Origin: Chlorokybus atmophyticus
Lineage: Eukaryota; Plantae; Mesostigma and Chlorokybus algae
Length of the DNA stretch: 57,251 nucleotides
Direction: 5' to 3'
Assembly (NCBI GenBank): GCA_009103225.1
Contig: RHPI01001719.1
Location: forward strand, 30,633-87,883
The notes under the pieces are model-generated. The model saw only the letters and a program-made list of their open reading frames with translations. It had not been told where the DNA came from and searched no databases. A program made the position numbers and the translations under genes. Below are positions 21,191 through 32,928 of the stretch, in pieces (positions within the stretch are counted from its first letter, which is position 1; every line of letters begins with the position of its first letter).

Positions 21191-22785
21191 TACGCAACTG
21201 CAGCCATTGTTTCAACACTTCAACTGATACTGGCTGAGAAGTTGTCACATTGATACGCCACGAAGACCCTTCTTGCCTACATCAGCTTGTTCCCTACACT
21301 CTTACAACAGGCAAGCTGCAGGTGAATAAGGAACTGCATTCTGCTAATCAGCAGAATGCAGCTGTAGTCGCCACAGCCTCATCGACTCTACAACCAGAAC
21401 GCCCTTACAGGCACTGACCAACTGAGCTTACACCCAGATGCACAAGCAGTTGTTACTGTGTCAGCGAACGCCAAGACTTCAATTATGGGCGGCTGCTGCT
21501 GTATGCACCAAGTATGCACCAAAGGGACTTGCAGCAAGCGCACTGCTCCTACTTGGCCGGCATATCAGGCGTTCAAGTACGCGCTTTTAGTGACTGAGAC
21601 AGGACAACTGAAGCTCTCTGATGTTTGCTGCAGTTTGACAGCACTGAGCTCCTGCTCAACTAGTAGAGGTAGCAGATGCTTGCTGCAGGGGTACTGTAGA
21701 CACGTTGAATTGTACGCAGCGGTCAGCATGATGAACTGAACTGAACTCAACTCAACTCAACTGACGCTGACTGCTGCAGCGTTACAGAGTTAGCCAACAG
21801 CAGCAATGCTCCTTGCGTGCTGTCATTCCCATTGCATGTCCAGCAACATGGACAACCTGTCATGCTTACTCACCTCCTGGCTCGCTTGAGGTCATGCTTG
21901 AGGTCATGCAAACCAGGCAATGCTGAGAGGGAAGCTAAGTGCAGCTTGCAGTGGGTTGCCTGCGCGGCGGGTGTGTTTCCCGGCCGTAGCCTGGCTGTGT
22001 TTTGGCACCTTCCAGCAGAGGTGGACGCAATGCCGGTCTGACGCTCAAGCAGCTGCAAGGCTACCCGGCCTGGTTGCCCAGCATGCCCGGCCATGCTGCA
22101 CTGGACCACCTGGCCTGGTTCCATGCTAAAAGCTTTGGCCTAGCCTAGCTTAGTGAAATTGTGCACCTGTCCAGTTGATGCGACAGCAGCCAGTCGGGCT
22201 CAACAGGCCTCACGCTGCAGCCTGGCCTGGACCTCCGCCTCCGCACCCTCGACGCACCACACAGTGCCACCTCAGATTGCCAGCTAAGCTGACTGTGGCA
22301 AGCCATGCGGTGCATACACAACTTGATAATTGCTCGGAATCCCGAACTTGCAGGATATCAGGAAACCTATACGATATCATCAGCTCAGCACGTGGAATCG
22401 TAAAGCAGCAGATATCTCAACAGGGTGCGATAGCATGGAAACGCCAGTGATATTGGTACTCTGTATGTGGAATTCGGAATCACGGAATTAGGGTACAGAA
22501 TTAGGGTCCCCAACAGGGATCTACTTGACGTAGCGTAGCAGCTTGCTGGCGGCGGCGGCGGGCGGCGGCGGTCGAGGAGGACGGCTTGGAGGGGCGAGGG
22601 GACTGGGCTGGGTGGTAGATTAACTGAACAAGTAGGCGATGTGAAGAGAGCGGGCCTTCTTTCTCGCCTGGGGTGGAATTTGGCAGTGGGTTCGGGCAAG
22701 GTGTTGCATGCGCCCGCCGCCGCTCGATGGATGGGCATAGGCGCTTCGAGCGGTAGCTGCTGGTTCCGTGGTGGTGGGGATTGAC

Positions 22786-25700
22786 ATGCGGGTGCTGGCC
22801 TCCCGGCGCTGGCTTCTCTTGCGGGAGTTGGGCCGGTAAGGAGAAATTCACATGCGTAATAACAACTGCGTCCTGGTCCGCTCTACTGTGGTTGGAACAT
22901 GTGCACTGTTCAAGTTCACTACAATTACTCAACTCATCGGCTACGGTTGGTTCGGGCTTTTCTTCTAATTCAGCATCTGCCTTGGTTTATTCCTAGCGGT
23001 ACATTAAAAGCGTATGCTTGCTGTTTGCCAATCGCCACCGTGTGTTAAATTGATCTTGCGGAGTCACAGGGTGTCATTGCTCTCCTGATTATTTGTCTGC
23101 GAAAGCTTTTCTGAAACGCTACTAAGAAAAAACGCTCATTTTATATATGTAGACATCGCTCATATGCGGCCATACCAGTCGTGGAAAGCCCCGTTGTTTT
23201 CAACACCGTCGCAGATTAATGCGCGAATTCGGACACATTGAGTTTGGCTGTAAGTGGTGTACACAACGAACAGCCAGTGTTGCGTTTCCAGTGTTACTGT
23301 GCATGCGCGGTGTCGTACAAGCATGTGTGCCACTTGTGTACCACAGGCTGGGGTGTCATTTAGTATGCTGTTGTTTTGCAACTCAATGGTGCAGTGTAGT
23401 CAGCGTTTGCATGTTGCTTTTGCTGATTAGTTGCATGTGGCAGTTGTGGCCAGCCATGCGCACAGCGGGCGTCTACACAAGCTTACAGCACATACCAACA
23501 TGTTGGTCAATTGTCTGCATTGGCGGAGCCGACAGTGCGGCAAGCAGCTCTGAGAAGTCATCAAGCCTGTCTGCGGCAGCACAAGCACGGCTTCCAAACA
23601 TTTGCCAGCCAGGCAATTGCGGCTCATCAGCGCCCGCAGCTGCAAGCTTACGCACGCGATGTCACAAGTAATGGAAAGCGTCAGCTGGAGGAATGGCGCG
23701 CGCGCTGCGTGAAGCTGCGAGAAAAGTGGGCAGTTGAGTTGAGACATCTGGCATCCATCAGTTGTGTTGCGCGGCCGGACGCTGTGAGATGGAACCAGGC
23801 CTTGGCGAGCTTGTCCATGGTGCTTGGCCAGCTGTCTTTTCGCGGGGCTGCTGTGGCACAGTCGGCAGTGCCTGAGTTCATTCCTCAGGCAGATCCACCA
23901 TTTTTGATTGCCGTGTTGATGCAGGTGAGGCCCTTCCCATGTGTGCATAACAGCACTCAATGCCTGAAGAGTCTATTCATCGCTTATTCCAAGCCATGCA
24001 TGTAGTTTTCTAAGTTTAGCAGCAGGTTGTGTGCATAACTTCTCATCATGATGCAGTTCTTGTCGTATGCACTTGTCACATTGCATGTGCGGGTTATGTG
24101 CAGTTGTTTACAGCATTGCAATTGCGCAGGTTTATGAATTCTTGGCAGTTGTGTGTCGCGCGCTGTACCTGTGGCTGCTTTTCACACCGGCAGTGGTCTC
24201 CGCGCCAATCTGCCTCAAATCAAAAGGAGAGCTTAGGCGAAGATGGCTGATTTTGCTGCATCGTACGCTGGAGAACGCCGGTGCTGCATTCATCAAATGG
24301 GGTCAGTGGGCCGCAACACGCCCGGACTTGTTCCCGGACGACATGTGCAAAACGCTGGCACAACTACAAGTAAGCAAATGCTTGTCACTGCTACAAGTTG
24401 TACAGTTAGTGTTGGCATGAAGTCCTTTTTGTGTGGCGACTGGCGTCCCCGCACATATTGTTCAGTTTTGCTACTTAGCAACCTATTTTGATTTAGTTCT
24501 GTTCAGACAGGTGCACCTGCACACAGTTTTCGACACACGCGCAAGACAATTGAAGAGGCTTTCTGCCAGCCTTTAGGAGATGTTTTCAGCCACTTTGATG
24601 AGATTCCTGTCGCTTCTGGCAGCATCGCGCAGGTTCACAAAGCCACGCTGCGTTATCCAACCAACGGAATGGATGATAAGACCGTTGTTGCAGTGAAGGT
24701 ATGATGTTGCTGCTAATTGTGTGTCAGTACCTTTCTTGCAAAGAGACTAGGTGTCGTATGCTGGGGTTATGAGGTTGGCTTAGCTTGGTTGCACTGGATG
24801 AGAAAAGTGCACGAGTTCACGGGGAGTGTCATGCAATACAGGTGCTTCATCCAGGAGTTGGTGCAGTGATTCGAAGAGACTTCATCATCATGAATTTCAT
24901 AGCGCATGCAGCTGATTACATTCCCGGGGTGAAGTGGCTGCGACTCAATGAGAGCGTCAAGCAGTTTGCCGTGTACATGCTCGGGCAGGTATGCTCTTAC
25001 ATACATCCACATACGTGTCATGTGTCGCGGCTTGAACTTCTCGTCATAGCATGTTGTGGTTGTTGTTGCAGGTTAACCTGGCCAATGAGGCTGGGCATTT
25101 ACGTAGATTCAACCACAACTTCCGGCACATACGGGACGTCAGCTTCCCGCGCCCAGTCAACGCCCTCGTGCACCCGGCTGTGCTTGTAGAGACGTACGAG
25201 AAGGGCGATTTTGTCACCAAGTATGTCGAAAACCCTGAGCATCCCATTTGCGAGCAGCTTGCCCTTTTAGGAGTATCAACCCTACTCAAGATGCTGCTGG
25301 TAGGCTCTCATGTACTTGCATGCGTTCTGCACTTGCTTCTGTTAAGCAGCATGTCACTGTACTAGATAGATAGATAGATTGTTTTGCGTTTCCTTGCCTA
25401 CAGGTGGACAACTTCTTACACGCTGATTTGCATCCCGGCAACATATTGGTGCGGACGGAAGTGAGGAGGAAGAAGCTGCGCCCGCATTTGGTCTTGCTTG
25501 ATGTTGGTTTGACGGCAGAGCTCTCCTCCAAGGAACGGGACTTGCTGTTGCAGTTTTTCACGGTAAGGCGTCTGTGGGTTGATATATGTATGTGTTGATG
25601 AGTATATGTATCCGGTATGTTATATTTGTGCCATCTGGGACTCAACTTTCTGGGCGCAGTCGGTGGCGAGTAAGGACGGACGCAACGTGGCTTTGACCAC

Positions 25701-26298
25701 TCTACAGTTCTCGCGCAAGCAGACCTGTGAAAATCCGGAGGGGTTCATTAGTGAAGTCAAGTCGTCATTTGACGAGTTCATCGCTGGTGGGTGGCCTTAT
25801 GTAACTACATGACTTGGAAGTATGTCACTGTTTGTGTGCAAGTTCGCTTACAATGCTGTCAATGCTGTGTTCAGCTAAAGGCAGAATACCAACGGGCGAG
25901 TGCATCAACGCCGTGCTGGATGCGGTGCGCAAGTATCGCGTCAACATTGATGGCGATATCTGCACTGTGATTGTCACCACCCTTGTGCTGGAGGTAAGCC
26001 CAAGGAGTGATTGGTACTGCTCATTATCTTGAAAGAACCCTGTTGCATTTATTTTTTCACCCCTATGCAAGCACAGCAGTAAAGTACATACTACGCTGCT
26101 CTGCTTGCACTTCTCACTCCTCTTGGTGGTGGTGTGTTGTTAAACTGGTTGATGTTGTTGTGTTCTTATCAGGGGTGGCAACGGAAGCTGGACCCAGATG
26201 TGGATGCGATGGACGTGTTGAAAGATATTTTGCGCAAGAAGACAGTCATGGACAACATGCATAGGACCGTCGATTGGCTCGTTGTGAACGGCATTTAG
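22786..26298 (+). CDS. ABC1K: ABC1/UbiB (ADCK2-like) atypical kinase, probably mitochondrial
   Basis: Exon 1 [17 protein letters not shown] (22786-22835) splices in frame to ~23444. Motifs [57 protein letters not shown] and GWQRKLDP. Confidence 0.92.
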
Positions 26299-27197
26299 GT
26301 AGCTGACAGGGTGCCCCCTGTATTGACTGATGATCACTGCCTGTAGGTTCTTGTATGCAACTCTCATGCCGGCGTTACAAACAACACTTTCGTGAGGGGT
26401 GTTGTATTAATCTCTCTTCACAATTGCACACAAATGACGCATCGTACGCCGGGATGCCGTCAATCAATGAATCTGGGTTACAGAAGCTAGTGGTGGTTGT
26501 GCATTGCAAGTTGTCGGTGTGTGCGCGGCTACATGTCAGTTGGTGGGTATGACATCCTGCAGTGGCGTTTTGAGATGGCAGAGTGCTGGCTCTTGGTGAT
26601 CACCCTCTTTTAGGGCTGTACTTATTGCCAACTTCAACCAACCGGTCGTGTGGCACCCTTTTTTCTTTCGGGGAGCCTTGTGCTGCCTGTCGAGATAACT
26701 CTGTGACAGGTGGCGAGGCCGTTTCTGTAGCAGCGCGCGGCACAGCTAGCCCGGTGGTTAAATTTGATGTGTAAAGCGCGTGTATGCTTGTGCTGATGCA
26801 TGCCATTCGCGTTGTCCACACCATGCATGCTGCCACCGTAACATACCCCTTATATACACACGACCGGTTGTATTCCTCAACAACTGCATGCAGCACACCT
26901 ATCGCTTAATATGCACAGCATAGGCTGTGCACCTTGAGTGTGCTTGGAAGTTCCTCTGGTTCCAAGTTGGAACCAGAGCAACTCGAACAAATAAGCGCAT
27001 TAACTCCAAGGGCAACGCATAGCAATTTTAAATATGTATCAAGCATTGCTCTGTTTAGTAAGTTCACTGCAACCGCTGCAAGCCGCTTCATCAGACAACC
27101 TACAGCCTTTCAACACCCCCAAAACACATACTGTTACATACTGTTAGTAACCCATGTCCATGCATAAACTCCATGCGCCTAACCCTAACACCAATTG

Positions 27198-28126
27198 CTA
27201 CCTGATGGACATGTGCACGACCTGCTTCTGCGCGCTCGCCTCATCGACCTTCGCCTGGAACGTCTGCTTTATGTGCTCGCACATCGCCGACAGCGTGCGC
27301 AGCGCGTCTTTCAACACCTCGTTGGCAGGCGCACCTGCCGGACAACATGTCACGCAATCACATGTGGACGCGCACACACAAACACACGCAATGGTGCATG
27401 AAACGATTGAGCTTGGCAGCAAAGTCCGCACACAGTGTGCTCGACGTTGTCTTCCTTGTGCTGCTAGTTAGTACTGTAGCAAGCAAGCATCACATGCCTG
27501 CTTTGTTGGGTGTCATGATTCATAATCAAGAAATGTGAGGGAGCACTTACCGGTGGTTTGCAACCTGATGTGGAGGACGGGCTCAGACGGGTGCGGCACA
27601 GAGTACCCACAAAAGGAGGTCCGGGGGTCCTGCAAGCGTGTAAAAAAAAATTATGAGATGACCAACATCCACAATGATGCGCCCACACTACCAACCATTC
27701 TTTGGGCAACGATAACATAGCAGTGGATTACTGAATTGCAACACTGGCGACATTGTAGACATACATGTGTGCATGCGTACGCGTGTGCGAGTGCATGCCA
27801 CTTCCTGCATGCGTGCGCTCCAGCACACATGGACAGGCACACATACGCACGCACATGCACACGCAAGAGGTATGCAACAAGAGAGGAAAGCAGAAGATTA
27901 CTCTCATTGGTAAAACACTAAGCGCATGGCATTCAACATGCAGTTGGACCAACTCAGCTTTGTACTCATTAACACCGCTCACCTGGTTGAGGACTACTCT
28001 GAGGGCGTTGCCGAGGGTGTGGTCCTCGTTAGCGACGGCGAACGTCGCCGCCGACCCGTCCTCCGCAACGGCCTCCTCCCGCACGACGCTACCCGCGCCT
28101 CCCTCACGCATGCTCACATCGGGCAT
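27198..28126 (-). CDS. RPAC2: RNA polymerase I/III shared subunit AC19
   Basis: Exons 28126-27983, 27629-27551 and 27334-27198 give EDHTLGNALR...|DPRTSFCGYSVPHPSE...IRLQTT|GAPANEVLKDAL. Confidence 0.9.
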
Positions 28127-28518
28127 GCCGCCGACACCGCCACGAACACCGCCGCCGCCGCCGCCCAGTCAACTAACTGCACTCTTTGAGAGTACAGTTT
28201 CAAGCTAACCGACACTGCTTCAGTCAAGTTGGTGAACGTAACCGCACAAAGGCTACTGACTTGGTTACAGACATGAACCCTAGTTACATTTGACCTCAGT
28301 AACTTAACGCGGCGGCGGCGGCGGCAGAGGTGTAGACGGCGGTGACGGAGTTGGCGGTGGGACAGCAGGTTGTCGTAGACGCTAGGGTCAGCATTGGATA
28401 TCTGAGCTGGTGAGCTGCGGAGTAACTTTTTAACTGCTGCTGGAGAGGTTAGGGGTTGGAGTGTTTGAGTGAACAGCGGCGGAGGGAGTAAGGATCTCAT
28501 CTTTCTGGGCATGAAGGC

Positions 28519-29050
28519 ATGAAGGTATGATGAGTTGTTTTTGATGTATTATGAATTCTAGCTCTACATACTGTTCCTTGTTTACGTGAGCTGCGCTTGT
28601 TGGGCTGTCTTGTTACACCTACCACAACAACAGTACAGTTTGGGCTTGAGCATGCATGTGTGATGGTTCTTTTCCTGTGACTGCTCCTAACAGTCTTACT
28701 GCTTCACTCTTTGCTTGTGCATGCAGGTCAAGTGCATTAGCCGCAGTGAGGCAGCTGAGACCAGAGAACGCGCACAAGATGTGGTGAAGGTGAGCAGCCG
28801 CATGTGTATGTGTGAGGGAATTGTGACGCAAAATTGCAGTGCAATTTCATACACAAGCTTACATGTTGACGCACGTTCACTCACACTTGAGTTCCCAGTT
28901 GCAACCAACATGTAGTTGCGAACTTGCCCACGAATGCATGCTCGCTGCGAAAGCAGGGAGCAACCTTTTGCAAGCATGTGTACGCGCAAACACTTGCACG
29001 CGCATGCGCGTGTATGCTTACTCATACAAGTATGCATGCACGAAAATATA

Positions 29051-29097
<47 letters not shown>

Positions 29098-31335
29098 GGT
29101 CTGGCGCAACCCCGACCCTTCCCTCCACCCCCAAGCGGCGGCCACCGAGTACGTCCGCGCCGTCTCCGCGGCGAAGCTCGAGCGCGTGTTCGCGAGGCCG
29201 TTCGTCGGGGCGCTGCAGGGGCACGCCGACGGGGTGTCCGCACTCGCGTTGCATCCGACAAGACTGGGAGCGGTACTGTCGGCGGCGCACGATGGAGCGA
29301 TCAAACTGTGGGACGTTGCGTTCAGGTGTGCGCACACGTGTGCATATATATGATTCAATCGCATGTTTGCGTGGGTATTGCGTGTTTCGTGTATGGTGTT
29401 TCGTGTGTATGCGTGCGTGCGTGCATGTGCGTGCGTACGCAGGCATTTGATTGTGCATGCATTCTGGTGCACGTCCTTGCATTCGACCGTATACGCGTGT
29501 AGGCACGTGCGCGTGCGCGTGCCAACCCTCATCTGGTGGTAGACGTGCTGCATTGCATATGCATATCTCCGCTCAAAACTGTTGTTGTTGTTGTTGTTGT
29601 TGACACCCCCTTTCTCACGCAGGAAGTGCGTCCGCGACTGGTCCGGCCACCACCGCGGCGCCGTGACCGGTCTCTCCGTCCTCCCCGGCGCGGGACGCTT
29701 CGTGTCGTGCGGGGCCGACAGCACCGTGCGCGTGTGGGTGCTGCCGGGAGAGAGTAACAGTCTTGATGAGAGGGAGGAGGGTGGTGGGAGTCAACAACCT
29801 GTCACGGTGTTTCATGCCAAATCGGCGCTGAGAGCGGTGGATAGGCATCGGAGAGAAGGGATATTCGCCACGGCGGGATCGCAGGTATGAAAGTGAAGGT
29901 GTCGGTGTGCTTGTGCCTGTATGGCGTGGTCTGACAACATCATGGCTGCTGTTTGCTTGTTCGTTGTGCAAGTTGTGCACGTCGTATGTTAAGGGTGACG
30001 TGTTGCCTTGACAGTATGCTACTTTGCACACTTTGCGTTGGTTGAATCGTGGCTTACAAGCACGGTGGTGTTGGTTGTGTGTGGTTGTCGAAGATAAAGC
30101 ACAAAAGAAACTGCACAGCGTGTCAACGTGTTGATTTGCAAGCGTGGTGTGTCGCCCGGAATTCAGTCGTAGGCTTTGGCCATCAGTGTCGTGTACTTGT
30201 GCCTGAACATAATTTCCAGCGACATGTCCACATGACAGGTGGACGTGTGGGACATCAACCGTTCCGACCCGATCACCACGTTGTCTTGGGGCACCGACAC
30301 AACCTCATCCATCCGCTTCAACACGGCTGAACCCGACATCTTCGCCACCACTTCATCTGACCGCAGCGTCGGTCTATACGACCTCCGCACCAACACGGCC
30401 ATTCGCAAACTCGTCATGCGTACCAAATCCAACGCGGTGGCGTGGAACCCGCGCGAGGCGTTCAACTTTACCATTGGGAATGAGGACAGCAATTGCTATA
30501 CGTATGATATGAGGAAGCTGAACTTCGCGACGTGCGTGCATAAGGACCACGTGTCGGCAGTGATGGACCTGGACTACTCGCCGTCGGGGAGGGAGTTTGT
30601 GACGGGGTCGTACGATCGAACGGTGAGGATGTTGGGGCGAAAACAAGTCATAATACAACTATACAGTGTAATAACAATCATACGATAACTACGTCTAACC
30701 AAGAATCTATACTGAAGTGGAATACCACGAGCTTAGGTACGACTATGCATGATGACTGTGATTCAATGCGACTGAGTACGCTCATGAGTATACTATTTGT
30801 TACCCAATCTCTGCAACGCGATGCGTATATTCAGACAAACAAGGACATGCATGTATCCATTGCTAGAAGTTGTACAAAACTATCTTGTCCCAGGTGCGTA
30901 TCTTCGCTTACAACGGCGGTAGCAGCCGCGAGGTGTACCACGCTGCTCGGATGCAGCGCGTGTTCTGCGCCCGCTTCTCCCTCGACGCTAGCTACATCTT
31001 CTCGGGCAGCGACGATTCGAACGTGAGAATATGGAAGGCGGACGCGGCGGAGCAGCTGGGGACGATGCTGCCGAGGGAAAGGGCGAGGCAGAACTACCTC
31101 AGGACGGTCAAGGAGAGATACAAGCACCTGCCGGAAGTGAAGAGGATCGATAGGTATGGGTGGGGGGTGGGGGGGGTGCGCGTGTGCGTGCGATGATGTG
31201 TGTGCAATTGCGCGCGAGTGCGTATGCGTGTATGGGACACACCCACGTGTATGCGCATGCGCGCGCATGAGTGTGTGTGCGTGCGTGGGCGGGTGCATGC
31301 GAATGGGTGCATGTGTGTGGCACACACACACACAC

Positions 31336-31366
<31 letters not shown>

Positions 31367-31772
31367 CGTGTGCGCGCGCGTGTGTGTGTGCACTTGCGCG
31401 GGGCATGCCCACACATGTGGGCGTGCATCCCACGCACATGCATCGCGATCATAGCCAGATTCAGTCCGCTGCGCCTTCATGTCCCATAGCATGTCAAGTG
31501 GCATCTGTCATGTCACGTGCTTCACCCATCAAACAACGCACCACAACAGGCAGAGCATCCAACTCACGTGCTTTCTCTTTTGCTGTGTGTGTGTGTGTGT
31601 CTCAAACAGGCACCGTCACGTCCCGAAGGCCATCTACAAGGCGTCCCGTCTGCGCTCGGACATGGCGGAGTCAGCGAAGAAGAAGGAGCAGCGCGTGCGA
31701 GCCCACAGCGCGCCGGGCAAAGTGCCGCACGTGCCAGCACGAAAGAAGCGCATCGTCGCAGAGCTGGAGTAG
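28519..31772 (+). CDS. DCAF13: WD40 SSU-processome / CRL4 adaptor DCAF13 (SOF1/WDSOF1)
   Basis: Exons 28519-24, 28727-89, 29099-325, 29623-884, 30239-622, 30894-31153 and 31610-772 give MK|VKCISRS...[19 protein letters not shown]...[14 protein letters not shown]...[13 protein letters not shown]...RHVPKAIY (Sof1 domain). Confidence 0.95.
29054..29095. repeat. (CA)n microsatellite ending at a splice acceptor
   Basis: Perfect AC run immediately before aaag|GTCTGG. Confidence 0.9.
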
Positions 31773-32599
31773 TAGCACAGTGTGTGGGTTTGTGGATGGT
31801 GTGCGTGGTGTGGATTGTGTGGGTTGATGTGGCCGCTTGTGGCTGCTGGCAAACAGTTGAGGTCTGCAGCAAGTGCCCCGCTTGCTGTTTGCTTTCTTGC
31901 TTTCTGGTGTGGGCTGCAACACTTTTCTTGCGGATGGTTGAATGATCAGAACGATGTGGTGGCAAAAGTTCACACGTATCGAGCCAAAAGTCCTGTGTAC
32001 AAGAGCAAATAAAGCCAGCTATGCATGTTGCCGTTGCGTGTCTTGTCCTTGCACGATGCTGCGTGTGTTTACACGCATACGCGCATTACAATTGTTGGGA
32101 TGTAGATCGCTCGCACGACAGCTTCACTGTGCCTCACGCACATTGATTGCTGTAGTTGCTACCTTGCGGCATATGGTGCAGGAGTGAACACGCACAACTG
32201 CGACACCTCAACCACACGCACAAACGGCTCATAGCGTGTAGGCTACGATTGGCACACAATCACACAAGCAAGGATAGATGAGACAAAAGGCTCCAATCTG
32301 CAGCAAACATGCCCACCATGCTTGTAGCCATGTGGTCGACATATCTACACGCAGGCAAAGAAAGTACATGACAACATGCACAGCAGCAACAGTGTGACTG
32401 TTGTGCAGATTGTGACACAGCACACATGTTGTGGTTGCTATCGTCTCTGAGGTTCACTTGCATGCACGTGGCCTGTTGTGATACGGTGCAGCATATGCAC
32501 TCTGGACAGCACAGCACAATCAGTTGCTAGTGTCATAGAGAACACAATGCACGCACCCAGGCATTCCAAACATCCACATCTGCACACGCGCACACAATT

Positions 32600-32663
32600 T
32601 GCATGTCTTTTATGTGCGCGTGTTTGCTTGTACAAACAAACACGCGCACATAGAAGACATGCA
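32600..32663. repeat. 64-bp near-perfect palindrome
   Basis: tgcatgtcttttatgtgcgcgtgtttgcttgt|acaaacaaacacgcgcacatagaagacatgca, with 2 mismatches in 32 bp. Confidence 0.9.
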
Positions 32664-32928
32664 TTCACGTGACAGCAGCAACCGATGTAAAAGCCCTGAA
32701 TTGTCAGCCGCTGAATAGCAATCGCGTTCTGTTGTTCTTGCAACTCCATCAGTTCCAGCATAACAGTTTACATAACCTATCTTACGCTTACAACAGCCGG
32801 AACAGGCTGCCAAATGCATAAATAACAGTCACTTGAGCATATATCAACACGGCTAGCTGGTGCAATAAATAAAGAATACAGTGCAGAAACATAGAATGTT
32901 ACCAACCACACGCACATGCACACGTGGG

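Noticed and set aside
21175-21210. TAG-to-Gln or other non-standard genetic code, suggested by MAAVA*RCL in the hydrolase frame
   Set aside because: SAHH (YYRY-TAG) and DCAF13 end in TAG at their conserved termini; this TAG is better read as a splice acceptor.
26583-27167. Extra small gene or extra RPAC2 exons
   Set aside because: Short ORFs on both strands without motifs; cannot be supported without RNA data.
28114-28512. 132-aa minus-strand ORF resembling a transit peptide
   Set aside because: It spans the GC-rich RPAC2/DCAF13 promoter and overlaps the RPAC2 start out of frame; probably a by-product.
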